A stretch of DNA of 31,516 bases, taken from positions 1-31,516 of the IMG/VR virus record IMGVR_UViG_3300049009_000481; one strand, 5' to 3'. A program made the translations under genes and the position numbers. Under the pieces are notes generated by a model. That model worked only from the letters and a program-made list of their open reading frames with translations, was not told the origin of the DNA and searched no databases. The DNA comes from a virus (taxonomy: Duplodnaviria > Caudoviricetes). Below are positions 1 through 8,170 of the stretch, piece after piece. Positions within the stretch are counted from its first letter, which is position 1, and the number at the start of each line of letters is the position of its first letter.

Positions 1-148
1 CCTCCTCTTGCGCGGCAGCAATCAGGCCGGAGGTTGTGCGCACTGGCTCTTGTGCTGGCTGCTCGTCGAGCGCCAGGTACTGGGTCATGAGCTGGCCAAC
101 CAACGCGGCTTGTGCGCTGGTGCCGGGGGTGAAAGTGATCTGGATCAT
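1..148 (-). CDS. hypothetical protein, runs off the left edge (MIQITFTPGTSAQAALVGQLMTQY...)
   Basis: ATG at 148 overlaps the TGA of the upstream ORF (ATGA coupling) and has an AAAGG SD-like site; open to the window edge; not in the ORF track. Confidence 0.6.
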   Translation of the reverse strand, partial: MIQITFTPGTSAQAALVGQLMTQYLALDEQPAQEPVRTTSGLIAAAQEE

Positions 149-366
149 GGTTTACCTTTGAAAAATAATGGTGATTTACGGCGCATGTGGGCAGCTGACT
201 TTTCGGCCCGCCGCTCATGCAGTCCTTCGGGGAACAACATTCGGAACTTGGTGCCGACCAGCTCAATGGTGAACGGGTTGGCACGGGCCTCCTCGAATGT
301 TGGGTACGCGCCTGCCAGCAAAGCGTGCAGCAGCTGCATCTTGTTGTGGACGGCGAAGTGGTTCAC
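145..366 (-). CDS. hypothetical protein (73 aa)
   Basis: Coupled by 4-nt overlaps to both neighbours in a leftward operon. Confidence 0.6.
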   Translation of the reverse strand: MNHFAVHNKMQLLHALLAGAYPTFEEARANPFTIELVGTKFRMLFPEGLHERRAEKSAAHMRRKSPLFFKGKP

Positions 367-545
367 AGCTCTTTTTCTTCTGAAATTGCGGAAGCCTGGG
401 CTTCAGAACTTAGACAGCTGTTTTCTTTGCACCAGCTAAGGATCATGTTGTCGATGTTGTTTTGCATGATGATTGCGATGTTTGGGCGCTCGTCAGCCGA
501 AATGATTTCAAAAACAACTCGAATAAGGTGCTTGTAGACTTTCAT
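363..545 (-). CDS. hypothetical protein (60 aa, MKVYKHLIRV...)
   Basis: ATG at 545 lies just after the stop of 548..757; the longer 692 start overlaps the upstream gene. Confidence 0.55.
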   Translation of the reverse strand: MKVYKHLIRVVFEIISADERPNIAIIMQNNIDNMILSWCKENSCLSSEAQASAISEEKEL

Positions 546-547
546 GA

Positions 548-757
548 TCAACCCAACCGACGGTGTTTGGCCAGGTCGGTGACGAACGGAAGGCTCTTCG
601 TCTCGACATACTTGGCAGGCTGGTTGGTGTAGATCGGACGCCAGTTTGTGAGGCGCATCCAAGTGGCTTGCACATCGCTGTGGCTCTGCCATTTGTAGTC
701 TGGGTGTCCAACCGGAATGGTCGGATAGGCGATGCTTTGGTGGGGAACAAAGATCAT
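548..757 (-). CDS. small conserved-looking phage protein (69 aa, SDVQATW..NWRP)
   Basis: AAGGA SD upstream of ATG 757; first gene after the leftward promoter. Confidence 0.65.
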   Translation of the reverse strand: MIFVPHQSIAYPTIPVGHPDYKWQSHSDVQATWMRLTNWRPIYTNQPAKYVETKSLPFVTDLAKHRRLG

Positions 758-797
758 GGTGTGGTCCTTATTGAGTTACTAATTTACTGAGGCCTCG

Positions 798-827
798 ATC
801 TTAAATCAAAAAGGAATAGGCGTACAA
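798..827 (-). promoter_or_regulatory. putative leftward sigma70 promoter TTGTAC-N18-TAAGAT with AT-rich upstream tract
   Basis: Hexamers at 827-822 and 803-798 on the minus strand; A/T tract at 828-840. Confidence 0.5.
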
Positions 828-881
828 GAATTTATTTTATGCAGTGTTGCGCGTACACAACATGCGAATGCTGGGCTCGTC

Positions 882-890
882 TGCTACTAT
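882..890 (+). promoter_or_regulatory. putative extended -10 promoter TGcTACTAT for the rightward replication operon
   Basis: TGnTAnnAT match; 7 nt separate it from ATG 898. Confidence 0.45.
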
Positions 891-897
891 CCTGTGC

Positions 898-1089
898 ATG
901 AAGGAAATGCGTATCTACTTGTCGATGGCAGCGATGCACGAGATGGCCCAGGGCTCTGAACTCGTGTTAGAGCAGGATGGCGTGCGTATCATATTGGGTT
1001 GTGATGATGAGGCTGTAACGGCTTTTCATACTCAAGTTGAACGCGCGCTTTTGCACCTGTTGCCTATAGGCGGCGGACTACCTAACTGA
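898..1089 (+). CDS. hypothetical protein (63 aa, MKEMRIYLS...)
   Basis: 3' part of ORF 844..1089; start chosen downstream of the promoter. Confidence 0.55.
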   Translation: MKEMRIYLSMAAMHEMAQGSELVLEQDGVRIILGCDDEAVTAFHTQVERALLHLLPIGGGLPN

Positions 1090-1131
1090 ACACCGAGCTG
1101 CACGGATTGCAGCACCATTGGAGATCGAGCT

Positions 1132-1308
1132 ATGAGCACGAGACAAGTCTATTTTGAAGGCCTGTTGCTAGACTGCATCAATGCAGTTGACAGCATGGGC
1201 ATACCCCCTGAACACCAAGGCATTGTGATTGCTGCGCTGATCCAGTCGGACAGCTACAACGGCCTGCGCAAAGCGCTGTTGCAAGTCAAGTCAGGGGGCA
1301 CACAATGA
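1132..1308 (+). CDS. hypothetical protein (58 aa, MSTRQVYFEGLLLDCINAVD...)
   Basis: GGAG SD at 1120-1123, ATG at 1132, TGA overlapping the next ATG; below the ORF-track cutoff. Confidence 0.7.
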   Translation: MSTRQVYFEGLLLDCINAVDSMGIPPEHQGIVIAALIQSDSYNGLRKALLQVKSGGTQ

Positions 1309-1589
1309 CCGCATTCCCCTGGACCGGCGCAGGCACTGAAGGCATGACCCTGCGCGACTACTTTGCATCCAATGCACCCACAGATGAAGTGCAAGAGTTG
1401 CAATTCAGACATTTGAGCCGACTGGCGCAAGAACAATTGACCGGCTTGAAATGGCCAATCAAACCCGCTAATTTAAACGACTTAGAAATGGTGGCATTTC
1501 AAATTGCTGAGTTTGAATTTAAGTGCGCAGTCAACGCGGCCATTCGATTCAAGTTGTCTGACGCCATGCTGAAAGCGAGGGAAGCATGA
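1305..1589 (+). CDS. conserved phage protein of the GMTLRDYFA...DAMLKARE type
   Basis: Recognisable N- and C-terminal motifs; ATGA coupling on both sides. Confidence 0.8.
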   Translation: MTAFPWTGAGTEGMTLRDYFASNAPTDEVQELQFRHLSRLAQEQLTGLKWPIKPANLNDLEMVAFQIAEFEFKCAVNAAIRFKLSDAMLKAREA

Positions 1590-4003
1590 GCCGCCCCGCA
1601 GTACTACCCGTCCAGCATCAGCACATCCCCGCGCAGCTGCGCGAACAGTCACGCTGGGTGCTCTGGCGCAACGTGCGTCGCAAGAAGCCCGACGGCTCTT
1701 TCGTGTGGGCCAAGATGCCCTACGCCATCGATGGCACGCCCGGCAGCTCGACTGATGCAAAGACCTGGTCCTCGTTCGACGACGCCTCCGATGCGCACAT
1801 GCTTGGCGACTACGACGGCCTGGGCTTTGTGCTCGGCGATGGCCTGCACGGCATAGACCTGGACGACTGCCGCGACCCGGTGACCGGCTTGCTGAACAGT
1901 TTGGCGCTTGAAGTATTGGAGCGGGTTTCTGGCTATGCTGAGGTTTCTCCTTCAGGCACAGGCATCAAGGTGTTTACCCATACCAACCTGGACGGCTCTC
2001 GCACCAAGAAGGAGATGGGCGTCGAGCTGTATCGCGACGGCCGATATTTCACAGTCACCGGCCAGGTGCTTGACACTGTGCACATCGACGTGCCGGGTGG
2101 CGTGCAAGACCTTAACTGGTTGGTCGAGACGGTATGGGCTGAGACCATGTCTGCCGACTCCGAAGAACGCGCGCTTGAGCTGTACAAACGTCCGCTTGAC
2201 GACTGGGACCTGGACCGCGTGATCGACGAAGTGCTGGTCCATCTGGACCCAGACGGCGGTTACGAGGACTGGCTCAAGATCGGTGCTGCTCTGCACCACC
2301 AGGGTGGTGGCGACATTGACTGGCTGCAGGCTTGGGATGAGTGGTCTGCGCAATCGGGCAAGTGGGTCGACGGGTACTGCGCTGACAAGTGGGACAGCTT
2401 CAGTGAGCAACGCGCTGTTGGCCGTGGGGCCATCACGCTGGCGTCGCTGCTGCACATGACCAAGGCTGACCGGCATGAGACTGACTTGTCAGAGCGCGAC
2501 GTGCTGATGAAGACGTTCAAGGACTTGATCGATCAGTGCGCGGATCCGCGCAAATTGCAAGAAGATGTGGGTGCCAAGATCGCACATACCCCGGCCCTCT
2601 CGGACGTTGAACGCGAGTTGCTGGCCGCAGTTGTGCAGGCAAAAGGAAAAGACCTGGGCGTGAAGTTGCCTTTGGCCACAGTGCGCGGCTGGCTGCGTCC
2701 CAAGAACAAGGGCAATAGCAGCTCGATGCCTGACTGGGCGCAGGTCTGGGTCTACGTGACCGACGGAGACAAGTTTTTCAATTTGCAGACCAAGCAAGAG
2801 GTTACGCCCCAGGGCTTTCGTGCGTTGTACAACCGGCTTATGCCGCTCAACCAGGACGGCAACCGCGAGAAGTCGGATCAATACGCCTTGGAGCAGTGGA
2901 ACATGACCGTGGTCTCGCACAAGGCTTACATGCCCTCGGCTGAAGAGACTTTTGAAATGTTTGGCCTGCAGTGGGTCAATATGTACCGACCAGAGTCCGT
3001 GCCCGAAGTGCCAGCGACTCCGTCGCAGGCTGACTTGGACGCCATCGACGTGGTCATGCTGCACTTAAATACCTACCTGGCCGACCAGCGCGAGCGCGAC
3101 TTGCTGCTTTCGTTTATTGCCTGGAACGTGCAGCACCCGGGTGTCAAGGTGCGCTGGGCACCCTACATCCACGGCGTGCCGGGTGATGGCAAGTCGTTCT
3201 TCTCTGAGCTGGTGGCCGTGGCCATGGGCGGCCAGAACGTGCGTATGCTCAACGGCTCGACGCTGGAGTCCAACTTCACAGACTGGGCAGTGGGCTACGC
3301 CATGGTGGCTATCGAGGAGATGAAGCAGCATGGGCACAACCGCTATGACATTATGAACCGGGTCAAGCCGGTGATCACGAACACCACGATCGAAGTGCAC
3401 CCCAAGGGCAAGGCGTCCTACACCGCGCCCAACGTGTCGAACTACATGATCTTTTCCAACTACCTGGACGGCGCTCCGGTGGACGAGGGAGACCGGCGCT
3501 ACATGTTTTTGTCGTCTCAGCTGACGTCGGAGCAGGCGCGGGAGATGACCGAGGCGGGCTACTTCAAGACGTTGTTTGAGGCGGTGCAGGGGCACGCCGG
3601 CGCAATACGCGCCTGGCTGCTGGAATACCAACTGCACCCCGAGTTCGACGCCAACGGCCGAGCACCGGACACGGAGGTCAAGCACACCGTGATTGAGATG
3701 TCCAAGTCCGATCTTGAGTGCGCAGCCGAAGAGCTGATCGAGTCGGGCACGGACGGCGTATGCCAGGACGTGGTGTCCTCGGCCCACTTCACCAGAGCTT
3801 TGACCGTGACCGGGGCCGAGGCCCCGTCCACGACCCGGGTCAACTCTTTGCTGACAAAATTGGGTTTTCGGTTTGCGTTTCGCAAGAAGTGGAAGTCGGA
3901 GGCGTGCCGAATTTGGATGCGTCAAGGTGTCAAGCTGAGCGAGGCGGATGCCGTTGCACGGTTGAATTCGGGGTCCGGCGCGTTCGCGGACTTCTTGGAG
4001 TGA
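1586..4003 (+). CDS. primase-polymerase/helicase (NrS-1-like AEP primpol + PriCT-2 + DUF5906/D5-like SF3 helicase)
   Basis: GIDLDDC, YAEVSPSGTG and RYFTVTG primpol motifs; YEDWLKIGAALH..WDEWS..KWDSF (PriCT-2); Walker A GVPGDGKS; DRRY. Confidence 0.9.
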   Translation: MSRPAVLPVQHQHIPAQLREQSRWVLWRNVRRKKPDGSFVWAKMPYAIDGTPGSSTDAKTWSSFDDASDAHMLGDYDGLGFVLGDGLHGIDLDDCRDPVTGLLNSLALEVLERVSGYAEVSPSGTGIKVFTHTNLDGSRTKKEMGVELYRDGRYFTVTGQVLDTVHIDVPGGVQDLNWLVETVWAETMSADSEERALELYKRPLDDWDLDRVIDEVLVHLDPDGGYEDWLKIGAALHHQGGGDIDWLQAWDEWSAQSGKWVDGYCADKWDSFSEQRAVGRGAITLASLLHMTKADRHETDLSERDVLMKTFKDLIDQCADPRKLQEDVGAKIAHTPALSDVERELLAAVVQAKGKDLGVKLPLATVRGWLRPKNKGNSSSMPDWAQVWVYVTDGDKFFNLQTKQEVTPQGFRALYNRLMPLNQDGNREKSDQYALEQWNMTVVSHKAYMPSAEETFEMFGLQWVNMYRPESVPEVPATPSQADLDAIDVVMLHLNTYLADQRERDLLLSFIAWNVQHPGVKVRWAPYIHGVPGDGKSFFSELVAVAMGGQNVRMLNGSTLESNFTDWAVGYAMVAIEEMKQHGHNRYDIMNRVKPVITNTTIEVHPKGKASYTAPNVSNYMIFSNYLDGAPVDEGDRRYMFLSSQLTSEQAREMTEAGYFKTLFEAVQGHAGAIRAWLLEYQLHPEFDANGRAPDTEVKHTVIEMSKSDLECAAEELIESGTDGVCQDVVSSAHFTRALTVTGAEAPSTTRVNSLLTKLGFRFAFRKKWKSEACRIWMRQGVKLSEADAVARLNSGSGAFADFLE

Positions 4004-4226
4004 CGAGGTGGGACGGTGGCAATAGCTTGTCACCGACTTGTCACCGGACTTGTCACCGCTTTAAGTTGTTGATTTATATAGCTTTATTTATAAAGGTGAC
4101 AAAGTGACAAGATATATTACAAATTACGCACACATGCAATTTTGTGTTTTTATTATGTCTTGTAAAAAACACGTGTTTACTATGTGTATCCGACCAAAAC
4201 AACTTGTCACTCGTCACCTCGTCACC
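4000..4226. repeat. putative replication origin: GTCAC-core iterons flanking an AT-rich core
   Basis: CTTGTCACCG x3 (4026, 4037, 4049); inverted GGTGACAA and GTGACAAG (4095, 4104); CTTGTCAC and TCGTCACC x2 (4203-4226); GTGACGAG at 4000; AT-rich 4060-4200. Confidence 0.75.
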
Positions 4227-4240
4227 TTTTGAAAGATCGT

Positions 4241-4516
4241 ATGCTTGAGAACAAAATCGAACGACGCTTAGTCCAACGAACAAAGGAAGCTGGAGGGATG
4301 GCGATCAAGTGGGTTGCGCCGGCTATGGCTGGAGTGCCGGACCGGATCGTCTTTTTACCTGCTGGAGTGGTGATCTTCGTGGAACTGAAAGCGCCCGGCA
4401 AAACATCGACCGCTTTGCAAGTGCGAGTTCAGCAGATGCTGCGGGACCTGGGGGCAAAGGTCTATCAGATCGATTCGATGGAGGCGGTCGACAAGCTGAT
4501 CGCATCTCACACATGA
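4241..4516 (+). CDS. VRR-NUC domain nuclease
   Basis: MLENKIE..GVPDRIV..FVELKAPG..LQ PD-(D/E)xK motif; start taken at ATG 4241. Confidence 0.9.
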   Translation: MLENKIERRLVQRTKEAGGMAIKWVAPAMAGVPDRIVFLPAGVVIFVELKAPGKTSTALQVRVQQMLRDLGAKVYQIDSMEAVDKLIASHT

Positions 4517-5844
4517 AGTTCACAGCACGCCACGCACAAGAGGTCACTATCCAGAGGATGGTGGAGGAGCCTTACCAACTTATCGCACTGCGGATGGGTG
4601 GCGGCAAGACGGTGTCCACCTTGACGGCGGCCGACATCCTGATGCACGACCGGTTTGAGGTCAGCAAGGTGTTGGTAGTGGCACCCAAGCGGGTGGCTGA
4701 GATGGTGTGGCATACCGAGGCTGCAAAGTGGGACCACTTGGCCGGGCTGAGGGTGTCTAAGGTCTTGGGCACGGCCAAGGAGCGACTGGCCGGACTGATG
4801 CAGGACGCGGACGTCTACGTGATCAACCGTGAGAATTTCACCTGGTTGGTGGATCTCGTGGAAGAGAGCAAAGAGCCTTGGCCGTTCGATATGGTGGTCA
4901 TAGATGAAAACAGGGGATTTAAGGACCGCGCTAGCCAGGCCTGGAAGGCCCTTAAAAGCATTCGGAAGGGGGTAACCAAGCTCTTTATCCTTTCGGGCAC
5001 GCCTGACCCCAACGGTGACCTCCTGGACCTATGGCCGCAGGTCAGTGTCATGGATGGTGGTAAGAGACTGGGCAAAGGGATCACGAAGTACAGGGACCAG
5101 TTCTATGTGCCAGACAAGCGCAACGGCATGACGATCTACAGCTACAGGCTTAAGACGGGCGCGCGCGATGAAATCCACGACTTGGTCAAGGATGTCATGG
5201 TGAGCATTGACAGTGGTGTCACAACCCCAGGCCGGATCGACAACGTGGTGCCAGTGGCGTTTGATATGGCCCGGTATCGGGAGATGGAGCAGACGCTTGT
5301 GACGGGCGGGATCATTGCTGTGAACAGTGCGATCTTGGCAGGCAAGCTGGCGCAAATGGCCAACGGTGCAGTGTATGACGACCAGCACAACGTGCACCAC
5401 ATCCACGACGCCAAGCTGGACGCATTGGGCGAGATCGTGGAGCAGGGCGAGCCGGTCCTGTGTTTTACGTCCTACGTACACGACTGGGACCGGATCAAAG
5501 CGAGGTTTCCGCAGGCGGTGAAGTTCGATGGCGAGGACAGCTTGAAAGACTGGCAGCTGGGCAAGATCAATTTGCTGGTAATGCACCCAGGCAGCGGAGG
5601 CCACGGGGTTGACGGTCTGCAAGAGGGAGGCAGCGTGGCAGTTTGGTTTGGTCTGCCGTTTAGCCTGGACCTGTACGAGCAGGCCAATGCCAGGCTTGAT
5701 CGGTCGGGACAGACAAGCGAAGTGGTGGTCCATCATCTGGTTGCCGCAGGCACAATCGACGAGCGGATCATGCGGGTGCTGAGCACCAAGGGCGATATGC
5801 AGCAAGCGCTGCTGGACGCGGTTAACGAATCAAAGGGGAAATGA
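4513..5844 (+). CDS. SNF2-like SF2 helicase
   Basis: MGGGKT, VIDE, LSGTP, QANARLDRSGQ; ATGA-coupled start at 4513. Confidence 0.9.
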   Translation: MKFTARHAQEVTIQRMVEEPYQLIALRMGGGKTVSTLTAADILMHDRFEVSKVLVVAPKRVAEMVWHTEAAKWDHLAGLRVSKVLGTAKERLAGLMQDADVYVINRENFTWLVDLVEESKEPWPFDMVVIDENRGFKDRASQAWKALKSIRKGVTKLFILSGTPDPNGDLLDLWPQVSVMDGGKRLGKGITKYRDQFYVPDKRNGMTIYSYRLKTGARDEIHDLVKDVMVSIDSGVTTPGRIDNVVPVAFDMARYREMEQTLVTGGIIAVNSAILAGKLAQMANGAVYDDQHNVHHIHDAKLDALGEIVEQGEPVLCFTSYVHDWDRIKARFPQAVKFDGEDSLKDWQLGKINLLVMHPGSGGHGVDGLQEGGSVAVWFGLPFSLDLYEQANARLDRSGQTSEVVVHHLVAAGTIDERIMRVLSTKGDMQQALLDAVNESKGK

Positions 5845-6302
5845 TGTTTAAAGAACGAATGACACGAGCACAAGAGTCCAAGAACTTGGGTGAAGTTCCT
5901 GCCAATGAGATCGGAGACGTCGATTTGGTTCGCGCAATGGGGATGGCCGGTATAGGCAACCCCCTGGGAACGTCAGTCTGGCGCTGGCTGTACAACAAGG
6001 ACCGGCAGTCGATGTTGAAGGTGGCCGAGGCTTTGGTGGAGATGGGGCATTCGGTTGTGATCGTTCACCGCGCAATGGTCCACATGGATCGGGACGTGTG
6101 CCCGGCTTGCTTTGGCCGAGGCTATGCGGTGGTCCCGAACACCCCCATGCTGAGCGACGATTTGTGCGCCGAGTGCAGGGGGACGGGACGAAGAGAGATC
6201 CAAGGCGAGGCGGAGCAGGCCTTGGTGGACCTGATCAAGCGCATGGAGCGCGAGATCGGTGCAGTGCTTATGCAGAAGCTGTCTTCACGGATGGAGTTCT
6301 GA
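5841..6302 (+). CDS. zinc-finger protein, probable Q-like late antiterminator
   Basis: Two CxxCxGxG motifs (CPACFGRG, CAECRGTG) as in lambda-Q-type proteins; last gene of the replication operon. Confidence 0.55.
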   Translation: MMFKERMTRAQESKNLGEVPANEIGDVDLVRAMGMAGIGNPLGTSVWRWLYNKDRQSMLKVAEALVEMGHSVVIVHRAMVHMDRDVCPACFGRGYAVVPNTPMLSDDLCAECRGTGRREIQGEAEQALVDLIKRMEREIGAVLMQKLSSRMEF

Positions 6303-6654
6303 TCACCTGATTGCAGTGTGGGCAGATCTTTTTGTCCGCACGGCGTTGCTGCGCGCGGGTAATGGCAGCAGCGCTGATCCCCAGGCGCTTGGCGGCAGCG
6401 TAGGCGCTGAAGCCCTCGTCGTCGATCAGCTGAATGGCCTGCATGGTTTTAGACAACCCGATCTTGGGTTTCTTTGTCCAGACAACGGCATTGAGGGGCC
6501 ACTCTTCAGGGGTGTCGGTGAACACCGAAGCGGTCAACTTCTTGTCGACATAGCTGGCCACCAGGTGTTTGACGTCATCGCGGTCAGCGATAACGCGCAA
6601 CTTGTGGCGCACGTTGTCCGACCAGGGTAAGTCGAGGAATTTTTCAAGGGTCAT
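6268..6654 (-). CDS. HTH DNA-binding protein with C-terminal CPHC motif
   Basis: SAYAAAKRLGISAAAITRA HTH pattern followed by KICPHCNQ. Confidence 0.7.
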   Translation of the reverse strand: MTLEKFLDLPWSDNVRHKLRVIADRDDVKHLVASYVDKKLTASVFTDTPEEWPLNAVVWTKKPKIGLSKTMQAIQLIDDEGFSAYAAAKRLGISAAAITRAQQRRADKKICPHCNQVIRTPSVKTASA

Positions 6655-6788
6655 GATTTAAATCTCTTTTGAATGTATTTGGACCAGCAGCTGGCGCACA
6701 GCCAGCGCAGCAGGGACAGCTCGCAGCCCCCGTCGATCAGTCGGTCTTTGCTGCAGCCGGAGCAACGGCGCCAGGAGTTGCTGGACAT
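6651..6788 (-). CDS. small zinc-ribbon protein (45 aa, CSGC...WLCASC)
   Basis: AAGGA SD, ATG 6788, TGA overlapping ATG 6654; two CxxC pairs; not in the ORF track. Confidence 0.65.
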   Translation of the reverse strand: MSSNSWRRCSGCSKDRLIDGGCELSLLRWLCASCWSKYIQKRFKS

Positions 6789-6934
6789 AGTGGGTTTTCC
6801 TTGAGTAGGCGCTTGGCCTTGTTTTTGATCCGAAAGCGGGTATGGGAATCATCGATTGCGTACTGCGAGACCGCGAGCAGCTTGGCCAAGGCCTTGAGCA
6901 GCTCGCGTTCGAGGTCCGTCAGTTGGGACGCCAT
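6737..6934 (-). CDS. hypothetical protein (65 aa, MASQLTDLERELLKAL...)
   Basis: Internal ATG of ORF 6737..6976; fits the operon tiling. Confidence 0.5.
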   Translation of the reverse strand: MASQLTDLERELLKALAKLLAVSQYAIDDSHTRFRIKNKAKRLLKENPLCPATPGAVAPAAAKTD

Positions 6935-7011
6935 ACCATGAGGTCCAAATACAAAACGATCAAGCTGGCGAGGCATACCACCAGGTAGGCGGCAGAGAAA
7001 AAGCGGTTCAT
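6919..7011 (-). CDS. 30-aa single-TM peptide MNRFFSAAYLVVCLASLIVLYLDLMVWRPN
   Basis: AAAGGA SD just upstream; hydrophobic helix ending in DLxVWRP; not in the ORF track. Confidence 0.65.
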   Translation of the reverse strand: MNRFFSAAYLVVCLASLIVLYLDLMVWRPN

Positions 7012-7022
7012 GTCAGTTCCTT

Positions 7023-7214
7023 TCAATCTTGAGCTGAAGACAGGTTGATGCGAGAGAAGCACAGGCGGTTCATCTGCATAGAGTGGACAGGCCCGTCGGT
7101 GAAATAGATGGTCGGGTATTGGTCGCCGGTGTCGTGCACGATGCAGCGCTGGCCATGCAGGTCATGGTGAGGCTGCAACGTGCTTGGCTGGTTGATCCAA
7201 GCACGGTAGATCAT
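7023..7214 (-). CDS. conserved-looking phage protein (63 aa, AWINQPSTLQPHHDLHG)
   Basis: AAAGGA SD before ATG 7214. Confidence 0.7.
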   Translation of the reverse strand: MIYRAWINQPSTLQPHHDLHGQRCIVHDTGDQYPTIYFTDGPVHSMQMNRLCFSRINLSSAQD

Positions 7215-7225
7215 GATGGTTCCTT

Positions 7226-8170
7226 TCAAGCTGGCAAGAGTGCGGCCAGTGCGCGTTGTTTCAGGTCAGCACCGGCGCCCCACTGCGAGGCGACGAAGCG
7301 GTTCTCGTCAGTGCGAGCACGGACGTGGTGATCAGCGTATTCGGTCACAGCGTTGAGCAGGCCCCAGCGAGTGCCCATGACACCGTCCAGCGTAGCGCCC
7401 ATGCCTTCACCGTTGAACAGGCCAAGCGTGCGCTTGAAGCCCGAGGTCTCGTTGCCATTGAAGATCTTGGCCAGGATGTCTTCGGCCTCTTCCTGGATCA
7501 CAGGCAGGTTGGCCAAGCGGGTGACGTTGGCGCGGAACGAATCCCAGGCTGCAGTGTTCAAACCCATGAAGTCCTTGACTTGTTCGGGATCAAACACCGA
7601 GCGGTGCGATACGCGCACAGCCGCTTTGTCGCCAAAGGCCATGGCCAAAGTGTTTTTGCAGACAGCGCGCACCGTGGTGCGGCGCACCTCAGTAGCCAAC
7701 GAACCGTCAGCCGATGTGCTGATCAGGATGTAGCCGCCGATGGTGTCACGCACCGAGGTCGGTGCTGCTTCGCCAATCTTGGCCGTGGCCCAGAAGCGCT
7801 TGCCCCCGTAGATCGTGCCGGCTGCGGACAATTCCAAGCCACCAGCGCGTGCGATGTCGCGGAAGAACTCGATGACCTCAGCGGGCTGGACCACCTTGTA
7901 CTTGCTGGACACGACGCCGAGCGGTGCCTTGGTGTCTGACCGAAACAGGACGTGCTGATCGGGCAGGTCAGCCTGAGTGCCAAGCGAGTCAGTGTTAAAG
8001 CGAACGATGCCGCGCTTGATGCGCCAGTCCATGCCTGCAGCCTCACGCCAGGCGTCAAGCCCGGTGTTGTCTTCTAAGGCCTGGCCCAGGCCATGCCAAG
8101 GTGTGCCGTCCGAAGCGAGGTATGCAAATTCGACTGAGCCGTCGGCGCGTGTTGTGAGTTCGTGTGCCAT
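7226..8170 (-). CDS. DUF932 / LGT_TIGR03299 family phage-plasmid protein
   Basis: MAHEL..TPWHGLG..YKVVQP..RAVCKNTL..GTRWGLLNAVTEYADH; AAGGA SD before ATG 8170. Confidence 0.9.
   Translation of the reverse strand: MAHELTTRADGSVEFAYLASDGTPWHGLGQALEDNTGLDAWREAAGMDWRIKRGIVRFNTDSLGTQADLPDQHVLFRSDTKAPLGVVSSKYKVVQPAEVIEFFRDIARAGGLELSAAGTIYGGKRFWATAKIGEAAPTSVRDTIGGYILISTSADGSLATEVRRTTVRAVCKNTLAMAFGDKAAVRVSHRSVFDPEQVKDFMGLNTAAWDSFRANVTRLANLPVIQEEAEDILAKIFNGNETSGFKRTLGLFNGEGMGATLDGVMGTRWGLLNAVTEYADHHVRARTDENRFVASQWGAGADLKQRALAALLPA

Noticed and set aside
4184-4512. Extended starts given for VRR-NUC (4184) and helicase (4309)
   Set aside because: The extensions run through origin repeats or overlap the upstream gene; family motifs begin at 4241 and 4513
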